DNA of 64,000 nt from a virus. This document shows, piece by piece, positions 49,401-58,053 of this stretch. Every line of letters starts with the position of its first letter. The first letter of the stretch is position 1. The DNA is taken from positions 5,940-69,939 of the IMG/VR virus record IMGVR_UViG_3300032093_000090. One strand, written 5' to 3'. The notes under the pieces were generated by a model. That model saw only the letters and a program-made list of their open reading frames with translations, had not been told where the DNA came from and made no database searches. The position numbers and the translations under genes are program-made.

Positions 49401-49435
49401 ATTCTCGTATGTCCTGGACAGAAGCACAAGCTTAA
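46406..49435 (+). CDS. Large virion structural protein, 1009 aa
   Basis: YTFNPATKTI...LLLITNVT...YNF; RQTRRYFRYQSGKG; YIDYSWYGAGFIRWG; position in the tail module. Confidence 0.7.
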   Translation: MAKHIIAESYTFNPATKTITIDNKLVRQEQLLLITNVTRGTVLYNFSDPALGAASYTTSANVTTGQVTTTILLNYATGSMSSTDKISIIVEETNESFQPSQEYTDPVNKFRTSSPQALIDTDFEYGTQSTKWETLAMVNNRPFAFYDVTRPMNISNVYSAGPNTRSFIANTFPSIPPVQGSPFFIQDTTFAGADGVYIAEYSNLAANLVQYTGKVQYTGTAANLFTSNVTAAFYGNIYSNVIITMANIAFRGNIIDVSTAIPHGLLIGNEIALVLATGGGGFAPNGSWTVATVTNNTSFSFFANNTPTGSIIGGNLYVRPTGQSLHRAFDGGVIFSTNSASHNNQLIRQTRRYFRYQSGKGIQVSTGSIMKPNFNVDRISAVGTTVTVVSKQPHNLIPGAGITVAGCNEAGYNGSFQVESVIDAYRLTYNATTSGMASPASGNYVVSVSTWYGATNRLGIFDSQNGLFFEYDGTTLYAVRRSSTYQLSGFCSISPGSEIVTGVSVNGVSPIYSKQLIPGDFVVIKGMSYKVDSILSDNQFVIIPSYRGIVPITNAIVSKTIDLKIPQSQFNLDKLDGTGSSGINVDLTKMQMFYIDYSWYGAGFIRWGMRGQNGDCIYAHKLMNNNVNYEAYMRSGNLPARYETATFPTDTLLTANVTAAEVGTIFVHDTTGFPPVGSAVLRTANAYEYFNYTAKTANTFTGLTRGQTGNLNLLVTSTSTENPVLTTVNTTGIQIGQYVDNKDFVDAGAFVTNLVSNTSITLSQAPNKVGTFGLKVAPMGLTAQVWNYSGTVPIAVEHHGPIFAPTLSHWGTSVIMDGRFDDDKSFVFTQGTQSGISVPANGGRSCIQSFRVSPSVSNGVAGGGLGIREIINRMQMVLRQIDLFANGSVLVSIILNGTVSPGTPNWQSVGGSSLAQYINHTPGTRIDGGEVIYGFYLNTTGVATQFNTTQQDLNLVRDLGTSILSGGTSALSNVDVYPNGPDMVTIVAQNIGPVVANINSRMSWTEAQA

Positions 49436-49453
49436 TTTTTAATAAGGTTAGTA

Positions 49454-50098
49454 ATGAGCAGTAGAGATTATCTAAAGCATACGGTTTCTACTACTCAACC
49501 CCCAAGACATGGTAATTTGGGGGATGAGTGGTATAATCCGACAACTAATAAGTTATACAAGTTAGCTGCTACTTCCGGTACTGCTGTACAATGGCTTGAA
49601 ATATTGTCTCAAACTACGGCAACAAGTACAACAAGTACAACAAGTACAACAAGTACGGCACCTGCCGTAGTTACGTCGTTAGGAACATTAACTTCTTTGA
49701 CCGTGGCTGGTCCAGTAGTATTTACTGGATTATCTACATTACAACAATCAACTGAACCAACAACAACATTAACAGGTGCAACAGGTGTAGTTACCCATAA
49801 TTTTTTATTGGGTGCAGCATTCCATCATATAAGCCCCTCAGCTAGTTGGACTGCTAATTTTACAAATGTACCAACTACCCCCGATCGTGTAATTTCAATT
49901 GTTCTTATAGTTTCCCAGGGCGGCACTGCTTATATTCCTAATGCGGTTCAGATAGATGGATCAGCACAAACTATTTCATGGTCAAACAACACGGCTCCAA
50001 CTGGCGGTGCCAATAAAACAGATGTGTTTGGATTTACACTACATAGAACGGCCGCAGGGACCTGGTCTGTGTATGGTAGTTATGGATCTTACGGTTAA
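49454..50098 (+). CDS. Putative virion structural protein
   Basis: S/T-rich linker; C-terminal I.W....PT....TDVFGFT domain. Confidence 0.65.
   Translation: MSSRDYLKHTVSTTQPPRHGNLGDEWYNPTTNKLYKLAATSGTAVQWLEILSQTTATSTTSTTSTTSTAPAVVTSLGTLTSLTVAGPVVFTGLSTLQQSTEPTTTLTGATGVVTHNFLLGAAFHHISPSASWTANFTNVPTTPDRVISIVLIVSQGGTAYIPNAVQIDGSAQTISWSNNTAPTGGANKTDVFGFTLHRTAAGTWSVYGSYGSYG
49621..49656 (+). repeat. 9-nt tandem repeat x4 (AACAAGTAC, Thr-Ser-Thr linker)
   Basis: Four exact copies. Confidence 0.9.
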
Positions 50099-50106
50099 AA
50101 TTTATT

Positions 50107-50919
50107 ATGTTTACATTATCATCAACAACAAGTATGCACACTGCTGGACGCAGCTTGACCCTTGGGTCAAAGACTTTTAATGTGGCAACAGGCGGCACAA
50201 TTACTGAAAATGGAAATTGGAGAATACACGAGTTTACTACAACTGGTACGTTTTCATTAACAAAATTGGCAGGCAGTCCTGCTGATCAAACATTATATTA
50301 TCTTATAACAGGCGGTGGCTCGGGCGGCAACAATAGTACCGGCTACCAAGGCGGTGGCGGCGGTGGTGTAAGAACAGGGACAATACCTGCTCCAACACCA
50401 ACCTATAGTATAACTGCTATAGGTGCCGGTGGCGCAGTGGGTAGCCCAACTCATCCTCCTGGAGGAACGAGTACTTTTGCCGGGCTATCTGCTTCAGGCG
50501 GTACAACCGCAGGATCATCCGGCTCTCAACCAGGGCCGCCTTATGCTGCAGGTGCTCCAATCACACTTACATATTTTCTAGGCGGTGGCGGCGGTGGTGC
50601 AGGTGGCGCAGGAGGCCGAGGCTACTCAGGAGGACCACAAACCAGATATCCGGGAGATGCGGGAAGTGCAGTAGGATTGAATGCACCTGATGGAACACCG
50701 CTCGCAGTAGGTGGGTCTGGCGGAGGTGGAGGTACTAGTTCTCGAGGAGGCACAACAATATGGATTTTCCATACCTATTGGTCAGCTATGCAATATGGAA
50801 GAGGCGGCGGAGGTGATGCATATAGAAATTCATCTAGCGCACCTCAAATTGGTTTACCTGTATTTCCGGCAACGGCAGGAAACCCAGGCGCAGTATATGT
50901 TGCCTATAAATTTAAATAA
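50107..50919 (+). CDS. Glycine-rich virion protein
   Basis: ATGGTI...IHEFTTTGTF...YLITGGG plus poly-Gly tracts. Confidence 0.75.
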   Translation: MFTLSSTTSMHTAGRSLTLGSKTFNVATGGTITENGNWRIHEFTTTGTFSLTKLAGSPADQTLYYLITGGGSGGNNSTGYQGGGGGGVRTGTIPAPTPTYSITAIGAGGAVGSPTHPPGGTSTFAGLSASGGTTAGSSGSQPGPPYAAGAPITLTYFLGGGGGGAGGAGGRGYSGGPQTRYPGDAGSAVGLNAPDGTPLAVGGSGGGGGTSSRGGTTIWIFHTYWSAMQYGRGGGGDAYRNSSSAPQIGLPVFPATAGNPGAVYVAYKFK

Positions 50920-50949
50920 TAACTTATATTACAAAGGAGACAGTATAAA

Positions 50950-51438
50950 ATGGAATGTATTATTAAAATCGTTGACGGTGTTCCTATTGATCATCCAATA
51001 CTTTTAGATAATTTTATAAGTGCATACCCTGACATAGATTTAAATAATTTACCCGCGCAATGGGCAAAATTTGAGAGACTTGCGGAACCTGAAGAAATTT
51101 TACCAGGTGAGACTCCATATCACAAACGAGAACAAACTTATACATTCGATGAATCTATTAATAAATGGAAAGATACTTGGAATGTAGTTGAAATGAATGC
51201 TGAAGAAAAAGCAATTAAACGAGCAGAAGGTGATGCAATAGTAGAGGAATACCGACAGGGTATGCTACAATATGGTGAAGAAAAAATTGCACAAGTAGAA
51301 GAAAGATTTAAACCTGTTTGGCAAACCTGGATAGATCAAATGAAAGCATATACATATGACGATCCTTGGCCTTTGCAAAACCTTAAGTGGCCAAGACAGC
51401 CGCCTGCAGTAATTATCCAATACCCCGATCCGGAATAA
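50950..51438 (+). CDS. Hypothetical protein, possible tail-fibre assembly chaperone
   Basis: Follows the Gly-rich gene; W..W...P....KWP..P C-terminus as in tail assembly chaperones. Confidence 0.55.
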   Translation: MECIIKIVDGVPIDHPILLDNFISAYPDIDLNNLPAQWAKFERLAEPEEILPGETPYHKREQTYTFDESINKWKDTWNVVEMNAEEKAIKRAEGDAIVEEYRQGMLQYGEEKIAQVEERFKPVWQTWIDQMKAYTYDDPWPLQNLKWPRQPPAVIIQYPDPE

Positions 51439-51441
51439 AAA

Positions 51442-51882
51442 ATGGCAAAATTAAAAATTTCAGAGTTAGCAGCTGCCACAGAAACAAATCCTGGCGATTT
51501 ATTGTATTTAGTACAATCAAATGCAAGTAAGAGTATCACTGTTGCAAATTTTCTTGCAGATTTAACTGATCCTACATTAAAAGGCAATATTAAAATTGCC
51601 GGCACCCCTCAGACATTAACATCAGGCGGCGCTGTAGATTTATCAACACCTACTACTTATTTAAGTGTTGGCGCAGGTGCAGATAATGTATCTATTCCAA
51701 ATGGTGCAAATGGTCAGATAAAAATATTGTTGACCACTGCAACTGCTGGCGGAACGTATTCTTTATCCTCAAACGTTGCTAATAGTGCAAATATTCTTTT
51801 TGCTAATGTTGGTGATACCGCAACAATGATGTACACGAATCATAAATGGTTCATGATTGGCGGAACAGCTAGGGTATTATAA
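51442..51882 (+). CDS. Structural protein paralogous to the N-terminal region of 14230-18639
   Basis: LKISELA...DL.YL.Q...TDPTL.GNI...QTL...G.V...P.GA.GQ.KI...GD.A..MY...W. Confidence 0.75.
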   Translation: MAKLKISELAAATETNPGDLLYLVQSNASKSITVANFLADLTDPTLKGNIKIAGTPQTLTSGGAVDLSTPTTYLSVGAGADNVSIPNGANGQIKILLTTATAGGTYSLSSNVANSANILFANVGDTATMMYTNHKWFMIGGTARVL

Positions 51883-53144
51883 TGCCTTTATCATTATCAG
51901 GTGGTCTTAGTTTATCGAAGGTTAGCTTCAGCAGCACCGATCAACACGTAATACCGGCCGGTTCAATTATCATGTACAATGGTACAGATCCTGGTCTGCC
52001 TGGTTGGTCTCAGTATTTTAGAGCAAACGGTAGATACATTAAAGGTACCACTAATACCGCAAATGTTCAAGCACTTACTAATGCTTCAGGTACTGCTTCT
52101 GCATCAATTACATTTTCACCAGGCGGCACCCATGGATCAGTGGGGTCATCATATAATTCTACATATACTGCATTTCCTGGTACGTTTGGATCCACACCCC
52201 CTTATGGCGGTGCTCCTGCCGGCGATCATAATCATACAGCAACAGTTGGTCCTTCCCCGACAGTTGGAACTTTGCCATGGACATCAGATGTTATATTTCT
52301 TTTATCATGGTTAGATCAAACATCTTTTCCACCTAATACCATTCATATAAGAGATACTGCGGCCTCGGGTTGGACACAAAAATTAGCAACCGATCCGGGA
52401 TCCCCCACTTTATTTAATAGTGTTCGTAACATTCGAGCAGCTCCTGGTGCTCAAGGAGTTGCAGATGTTAGCGCGGCCGCAATTAGTTTTGGAGTAACCT
52501 CATCCTCTTCAAACGGTTACCATAGTCACATTACAGAGTTACAAACTCAAATTAATCCTGCAACCGGGACATATTTAGGTGGCTCATCTTTTACGCCCCC
52601 TGCGCCCACACAACCTTCATATTCTGCCCCAGGATTAACTTGGATTGGGACTCAAACTCTTGCACCGCCTGGAGGCGAAAATCATTCGCACGGAGTTACC
52701 TCGTCAATTTACATAAGAAATTTAGAATCTAAAGCATTAAAACTTTGGGTAGCTGCGTCTGAAAGTGGGTTATTGACAAATACGATGGTTATGTTTGCGG
52801 GCGATATTACTAAATTGCCATCTTATTGGAAACTATGTGACGGTACAAATGGTACTATTGATATGAATCAGTTTTTTCTATCACATGCATCATCCGCAGG
52901 CACTGCACACGGGGCACCTGTTAGTAAAAGCGCGGTAGTATCTGGCAGCGCATCGCCAGTCACTTGGACACATAATCATGGTTATGGCACGGGCGGTGCA
53001 CCTGGGCCTGGGGCAGCACAACGAAACATTTATTATCATACATCTGGGTCTGCTCCACACGGACACTCCGTATCAAGCTCAAGTGTAACAGATAATAATA
53101 TTCCGCCTACGATAGAATTGGCTTTTATACAATACATACCTTAA
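51882..53144 (+). CDS. Tail-collar-type fibre with multiple HxH motifs
   Basis: IPAGSIIMYNG...PGW; MFAGD...PSYWKLCDGTNGT.D; DHNH, YHSH, NHSH, THNH, PHGH. Confidence 0.75.
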   Translation: MPLSLSGGLSLSKVSFSSTDQHVIPAGSIIMYNGTDPGLPGWSQYFRANGRYIKGTTNTANVQALTNASGTASASITFSPGGTHGSVGSSYNSTYTAFPGTFGSTPPYGGAPAGDHNHTATVGPSPTVGTLPWTSDVIFLLSWLDQTSFPPNTIHIRDTAASGWTQKLATDPGSPTLFNSVRNIRAAPGAQGVADVSAAAISFGVTSSSSNGYHSHITELQTQINPATGTYLGGSSFTPPAPTQPSYSAPGLTWIGTQTLAPPGGENHSHGVTSSIYIRNLESKALKLWVAASESGLLTNTMVMFAGDITKLPSYWKLCDGTNGTIDMNQFFLSHASSAGTAHGAPVSKSAVVSGSASPVTWTHNHGYGTGGAPGPGAAQRNIYYHTSGSAPHGHSVSSSSVTDNNIPPTIELAFIQYIP

Positions 53145-53153
53145 TTAATACGA

Positions 53154-53161
53154 TATAAATA
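53154..53161 (+). promoter_or_regulatory. T4-type late promoter
   Basis: Intergenic TATAAATA. Confidence 0.75.
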
Positions 53162-53195
53162 ATTAGTGTTTATTATACCTTGATGAAAGTAGATT

Positions 53196-53756
53196 ATGAA
53201 GAATTTAACAGATTATATTACAGTATACAAAAATGGTATACCCAATGACTTATGTGATAGAATATTAAATGAGTATAAAAAATCCAATAGTTGGGAAGAT
53301 GCAAGAATTGGCGGAGGCGTAGTTGATAAGAATATGAGGAATGTTAGAAATATCAATGTTTCACATCCCGGAGTTATAGCCGATAATCAAGAAATACGAA
53401 AAAGTATAGATGATGATTTGTATAAAATTGTTGCAGAGTTATTAGCAGAATACACAAAAATTGCACCGTATACTACAATTGTTAATGACAGCGGGTATAC
53501 CTTATTAGAATATTCAGAAGGATGTTTTTATAAACAACATACAGATCATTTTATAACAGAAACAAGATCTATATCGTGTTCACTAAATTTAAACGATGAT
53601 TATACTGGCGGAGAATTTACATTTTTTGACGATGAGTTATCTTATAATTTAGGTAAAGGCGATGTAATAATGTTTCCATCTAATTTTATGTATCCTCATG
53701 CAATTAAACCTGTTTTGTCTGGTACAAGGTATTCTATTATAACTTGGTTCAATTAA
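53196..53756 (+). CDS. 2OG-Fe(II) oxygenase (prolyl-4-hydroxylase-like)
   Basis: HTD...LNDDYTGGEF...FPSNFMYPHAIKPV.SGTRYSIITW. Confidence 0.9.
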   Translation: MKNLTDYITVYKNGIPNDLCDRILNEYKKSNSWEDARIGGGVVDKNMRNVRNINVSHPGVIADNQEIRKSIDDDLYKIVAELLAEYTKIAPYTTIVNDSGYTLLEYSEGCFYKQHTDHFITETRSISCSLNLNDDYTGGEFTFFDDELSYNLGKGDVIMFPSNFMYPHAIKPVLSGTRYSIITWFN

Positions 53757-53758
53757 GT

Positions 53759-53766
53759 TATAAATA
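53759..53766 (+). promoter_or_regulatory. T4-type late promoter
   Basis: Intergenic TATAAATA. Confidence 0.7.
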
Positions 53767-53794
53767 AATGAAAGTTACAGTATAAGGATATATT

Positions 53795-54331
53795 ATGAAT
53801 AAAGAGTTAGCAAAAAATAGTTATATAAAAATTCCAAAATTTATTACAAAAACTCGTGCTGCAAAGTTAAGAAAAGAATTTACTGAATTCTGCAAAAAAG
53901 AAAATATGCAGGGCGATCAACAGGCTCCAAATTCTGCGGCAACATATAATTATTTAGGTTTTTTGGAATTGTTATGCGAGAAAGTTCCTGAACTATCTAA
54001 AATTGTGGAAACAACTTTGTTACCAACTTATACGTATGCAAGAGTTTATGGCGAAAAAAGTGTTTTGGTAAAACATAAAGATAGGCATGCGTGTGAAATA
54101 AGTATTACATTGCATTTAGGTGGTGATGCTGAATGGCCTATCTATATTGAAACCCCTGCAGGTGTGCATGCAAAAGTTGATATGGAACCAGGAGATGCAA
54201 TGGTATATCTTGGATGTGATGCTTTTCATTGGAGAGATGAATTTCAAGGTAAAGAATATTGCCAAGCATTTATGCATTATGTTCAAAGTAAAGGACCTAA
54301 CGCCTGGGCATATTTTGATAGACAAAGATGA
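53795..54331 (+). CDS. 2OG-Fe(II) oxygenase-like protein
   Basis: YARVY...HKDRHACEISITL...PGDAMVY.G...HWR...QAFMHY. Confidence 0.75.
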   Translation: MNKELAKNSYIKIPKFITKTRAAKLRKEFTEFCKKENMQGDQQAPNSAATYNYLGFLELLCEKVPELSKIVETTLLPTYTYARVYGEKSVLVKHKDRHACEISITLHLGGDAEWPIYIETPAGVHAKVDMEPGDAMVYLGCDAFHWRDEFQGKEYCQAFMHYVQSKGPNAWAYFDRQR

Positions 54332-54717
54332 CATTTGAATTGACCGAAGAAAACTTTATCATGTATGCAATGAAATACTATGATAATCCCTCCTGTAAAG
54401 GTATGGCAGAATTCCTAGATGATATAAAGAGATTTAAATACATCAAACGACTTTTGGGAAAGTACACAAGCGGAAAAGAATTAAAAGAAAGATTAATCAT
54501 TAACCATATGATTGTTCTTAATAATTTATTTGGTGTTGAGGCAACAACAAAGATGTTGTTCTTTAAGATAGATAAAAAGTTTTGGCCTCAGTTAAAAACA
54601 TTCTTAGTGTTTTTAAATTATATGCCAGAGAAAATTATATTAAACAAGGGTGTTGCTATAATAGAGTCAGAAATACCTTTAGACGACAAAATAGTAGAAA
54701 TTTTAAGAAAAGTATAA
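54328..54717 (+). CDS. Conserved T4-like hypothetical protein
   Basis: LTEENF.MYAMKYYDNP.C...EF.DD.KRFKYIKRL...ERLIINH..VL.N.FG. Confidence 0.75.
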   Translation: MTFELTEENFIMYAMKYYDNPSCKGMAEFLDDIKRFKYIKRLLGKYTSGKELKERLIINHMIVLNNLFGVEATTKMLFFKIDKKFWPQLKTFLVFLNYMPEKIILNKGVAIIESEIPLDDKIVEILRKV

Positions 54718-54719
54718 AA

Positions 54720-55268
54720 ATGGGAAAATTTGTAGATTCCGTTATAGCGTACAGAATACTTAAATTGCTTGTAACGCCATTTAATAAAACAGATGCGTTC
54801 AAATTAGGTATCATTGACGATAAGGGCAATGAACTAATTAAGATGCAAGATTTAAATACTGTACAAGAAAGAGATGCATATACTCTTTTACACCGATTAG
54901 TGTATAGATTAAAGAAAATCATTGAAAAAGTGCCTATTGCAAATAAACAACTTGTTTCATTGGCTGCTGCGTATGCTTTGATAAAAGAGGCATTGGAAGA
55001 AGGAAAAGAGCCGATTGACCTAGAATTTAAATATATAAATAAAGTTAAGTCTGAGTTAAATGAAGAACTTGTATTGGTTGAGGAGTATCTCAATGACCGT
55101 AAAATGTTCACATTCAAACAGTTTTCTGAAGAAGGTGAAGGAGCCGTTGCAGCAAATAACGCTGCAGTAACTCCTGGAATTGCGGGTCTACCACCAGATC
55201 AGGTCCCAATTAGCAAAAAACGTCAGAAAAAATGGGTTGATTCAAATAGTATTTTTAGGAGAAAATAA
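54720..55268 (+). CDS. Conserved T4-like hypothetical protein
   Basis: YRILKLLVTPF...AFKLGIID..G...AYT.LHRLV..LK; start at ATG 54720, not the upstream TTG. Confidence 0.75.
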   Translation: MGKFVDSVIAYRILKLLVTPFNKTDAFKLGIIDDKGNELIKMQDLNTVQERDAYTLLHRLVYRLKKIIEKVPIANKQLVSLAAAYALIKEALEEGKEPIDLEFKYINKVKSELNEELVLVEEYLNDRKMFTFKQFSEEGEGAVAANNAAVTPGIAGLPPDQVPISKKRQKKWVDSNSIFRRK

Positions 55269-55630
55269 TGGAAATTATCATCGTAGCAGTCGCAATTCTT
55301 GCAGTAGCAGGTTACTTTATCATGAGAAGAAGTAAAGATATTCCTGAGTCTGTTGTTAAAACAGAACAGACATCACCTACTCCTGTAGTAGAACCAGTGC
55401 CGTTGAGTACAGAAGCATCTGTAGTCACAGTTTCAGCTGACACAAAACCAGTTGAGACAAAATCAGATACAATCACATTTGTTCCACCTGTAACAACAGC
55501 TGTTCAAGAAGCAACCATTCTTGATTTGAATAATGATGGCAAAGTTAATTTGGATGATGCCAAAGAAGCAGTTAAAAAGACTGTTGCTAAAGCAAAGACT
55601 GCAACCTCTAGAGCTAAGAAGAAAAAATAA
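55268..55630 (+). CDS. Membrane-anchored protein with EF-hand-like motif
   Basis: N-terminal hydrophobic helix; DLNNDGKVNLDD; K/A-rich tail. Confidence 0.65.
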   Translation: MEIIIVAVAILAVAGYFIMRRSKDIPESVVKTEQTSPTPVVEPVPLSTEASVVTVSADTKPVETKSDTITFVPPVTTAVQEATILDLNNDGKVNLDDAKEAVKKTVAKAKTATSRAKKKK

Positions 55631-55935
55631 TGGCTACTTCGCAAGAAAGAATCGGCATACTTGAGACTAAGGTTGAGGGTATCAATGAAAAAATTGATAC
55701 CTTAAAAACCGATGTTAAGGAGATGCATGACTGTTTGGATAAAACACGTGACGACCTTAGCGCCAAACTTGATAAGATGTACGATGTTTCTTGCACTCAG
55801 CATGAAGAGCTCAATCAAAAAATTGAGAGAATGGAAAAATTAAAAGACAAATGGACATATATGGCATGGGGTGGGTTAGCCGTAGTTGGCTTCCTAGCTG
55901 GCCATATTGATAAGATTCAACCACTTTTCCATTGA
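55630..55935 (+). CDS. Coiled-coil protein with C-terminal transmembrane helix (possible holin/XhlA-like)
   Basis: Heptad pattern followed by WTYMAWGGLAVVGFLAG. Confidence 0.5.
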   Translation: MATSQERIGILETKVEGINEKIDTLKTDVKEMHDCLDKTRDDLSAKLDKMYDVSCTQHEELNQKIERMEKLKDKWTYMAWGGLAVVGFLAGHIDKIQPLFH

Positions 55936-55960
55936 CCTTATAGCCTGTTTATAATATAAT
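55932..55960 (+). promoter_or_regulatory. Sigma70-type promoter for the replication operon
   Basis: TTGACC, 17-nt spacer, TATAAT. Confidence 0.75.
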
Positions 55961-55982
55961 AAGACTCTCCTGGAGTCTTATT

Positions 55983-56999
55983 GTGTCTTTATTTCTTGAT
56001 CTTAAATACTTAAAATTAATCAGCAATCGTTTACCTCTGTTCAAACAGAAAAACGATCATCTGTATAACTGTCGTTGTACCATTTGCGGAGATTCTTCTA
56101 CCAAAAAGAATAAAACGCGAGGGTACTTTTATGCCGTTAAAAACGATTTATTTTATAAATGTCATAATTGTGATGCATCATTGCATTTTGGTTCATTCTT
56201 AAAACAAATGGATTCGTTGATGTATAATCAATATACTATGGAAAGATACAGCGAAGGTCTACCATTAAATAAACCTCACCAAAAGGTTGAGGATAAATTT
56301 AAAATGGAACAACCTGTGTTTGAAGCGAAAAATATATTAGATGAATTACTTGATCGTTTAGATAATTTGCCTGAAGACAATGAAGCGGTGCAGTTTTGTT
56401 TAAAAAGAAAAATCCCAAGAGAAAAGTTTAAACAGTTATATTTTGTAGATGATATTAGAAAGATAGAACAATTATCTGACAAGTATAAAGATACATTAAA
56501 GACTAAAGAACCAAGATTGGTTATTCCTTTCTATGATGAGAAGGGACTGTTAGTTGGTGTAACTTGTAGAGCATTGCGTAATGAATCTTTAAGGTATGTT
56601 ACTATTAAGATCAATGAGGATAAGCCGTTTATATTTGGATTAGATTTTATTGATAGGAATAAAAAGGTTTATGTTGTTGAGGGGCCTATTGATAGTTTAT
56701 TCATTCCAAATTGTATTGCTGTTGCAGGTACAGCATTTGGTAAATTAGATTCATTGGGCATTCCAAAAGAAAGATTGATCGTTATATTTGACAATCAACC
56801 TAGGAATAAAGAAGTTTGTAAAATTATAGACAAGACCATCAATAGCAATTATAATATTGTTATCTGGCCACAGACGTTAGAAGAAAAAGACATTAATGAT
56901 ATTGTGTTAACGGGCAAAGAACCATTGAACATAATTAAGAAGAACATATATAATGGCCTAGAAGCAAAAATGAAATTCGTATCATGGAAGAGGTGTTAA
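55983..56999 (+). CDS. DNA primase (T4 gp61-like)
   Basis: Zinc finger NCRCTICGDS...KCHNC; RLVIPF; TOPRIM VVEGPIDSLF; KDIND. Confidence 0.95.
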   Translation: MSLFLDLKYLKLISNRLPLFKQKNDHLYNCRCTICGDSSTKKNKTRGYFYAVKNDLFYKCHNCDASLHFGSFLKQMDSLMYNQYTMERYSEGLPLNKPHQKVEDKFKMEQPVFEAKNILDELLDRLDNLPEDNEAVQFCLKRKIPREKFKQLYFVDDIRKIEQLSDKYKDTLKTKEPRLVIPFYDEKGLLVGVTCRALRNESLRYVTIKINEDKPFIFGLDFIDRNKKVYVVEGPIDSLFIPNCIAVAGTAFGKLDSLGIPKERLIVIFDNQPRNKEVCKIIDKTINSNYNIVIWPQTLEEKDINDIVLTGKEPLNIIKKNIYNGLEAKMKFVSWKRC

Positions 57000-57689
57000 A
57001 TGAAATGTAAGTTAATTAGTTATAGCAGACCGGCACGTGAATTAGTGTCAGATGGTTTGTATGACGTACAAGATCTAGTAGCATTTTGTGCAAGAGTTTC
57101 TAATCCAGCAAACCAATATAACACAGAAACATCTGAGAAATTGATTAAGTATTTGATTAAACATCAACACTGGTCACCACTTGAGATGACATCTGCGTGT
57201 ATTGAGATTGAAACAACAAGAGATATTGCCCGTCAGATTCTTCGTCATAGAAGTTTCTCTTTTCAAGAGTTTAGTCAACGATATGCGGATCCTACGCAGG
57301 ATTTAGATTTTGTTATTCGTGATGCACGTCTACAAGATACTAAAAATCGTCAAAACTCTGTCGATCTAGATTTGCAGAATGATGAACAACGACAGATTGC
57401 ATATCAATGGCAAAATTTACAGCGAGATCTTATAAATAAAACCCGGGATGTATATTCTTGGGCAATCTCTAAAGGTATTGCTAAAGAACAAGCACGAGCA
57501 GTGCTTCCTGAAGGATTAACAGTCAGTAGACTTTATATGAATGGTACCTTAAGAAGTTGGATCCACTATATAATGCTACGAGCTGGCAATGGAACTCAGA
57601 AAGAACATGCTGAGATTGCTCTAGCTTGCGCGGAAGTGATTGCAGAAATATTCCCAATGACTAAGGATTTGATAAATGAACAGTTATGA
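57000..57689 (+). CDS. thyX: FAD-dependent thymidylate synthase
   Basis: HWSPLE, RHRSFSFQEFSQRY, AKEQARAVLP, TQKEH. Confidence 0.95.
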   Translation: MKCKLISYSRPARELVSDGLYDVQDLVAFCARVSNPANQYNTETSEKLIKYLIKHQHWSPLEMTSACIEIETTRDIARQILRHRSFSFQEFSQRYADPTQDLDFVIRDARLQDTKNRQNSVDLDLQNDEQRQIAYQWQNLQRDLINKTRDVYSWAISKGIAKEQARAVLPEGLTVSRLYMNGTLRSWIHYIMLRAGNGTQKEHAEIALACAEVIAEIFPMTKDLINEQL

Positions 57690-58053
57690 TGATGTAAGAA
57701 GTTTTATGCGTGCTGGAGATCAGCAAGTACATAATACTCCTAGTGTTTCAGATGATAGAGTTGCCCAAGGCACTCTTTATATGAAGTTGGTTAAAGAAGA
57801 GTTTGAAGAACTGATGCGAGCATGGGGCGACAAAGACCTTGTTGAAGTTGCAGATGCATGCGCAGATCTAAAATGGGTTATTGAAGGCTTAGAACATTCA
57901 TTGGGCATTCCGCAACAAGCAGTTTGGGATGAAGTTGCGCGATCTAATATGTCTAAGTTAGTTGATGGTAAGTTGATCAAAAGGGAAGATGGTAAGGTAT
58001 TAAAGCCTGATACATTTATTCCACCAAACATTAAAAAAGTTCTAGAATCTTAA
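57676..58053 (+). CDS. MazG/PRA-PH-like NTP pyrophosphohydrolase
   Basis: LVKEEFEEL...EVADACADL...V.RSNMSK...REDGKVLKP. Confidence 0.85.
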   Translation: MNSYDDVRSFMRAGDQQVHNTPSVSDDRVAQGTLYMKLVKEEFEELMRAWGDKDLVEVADACADLKWVIEGLEHSLGIPQQAVWDEVARSNMSKLVDGKLIKREDGKVLKPDTFIPPNIKKVLES

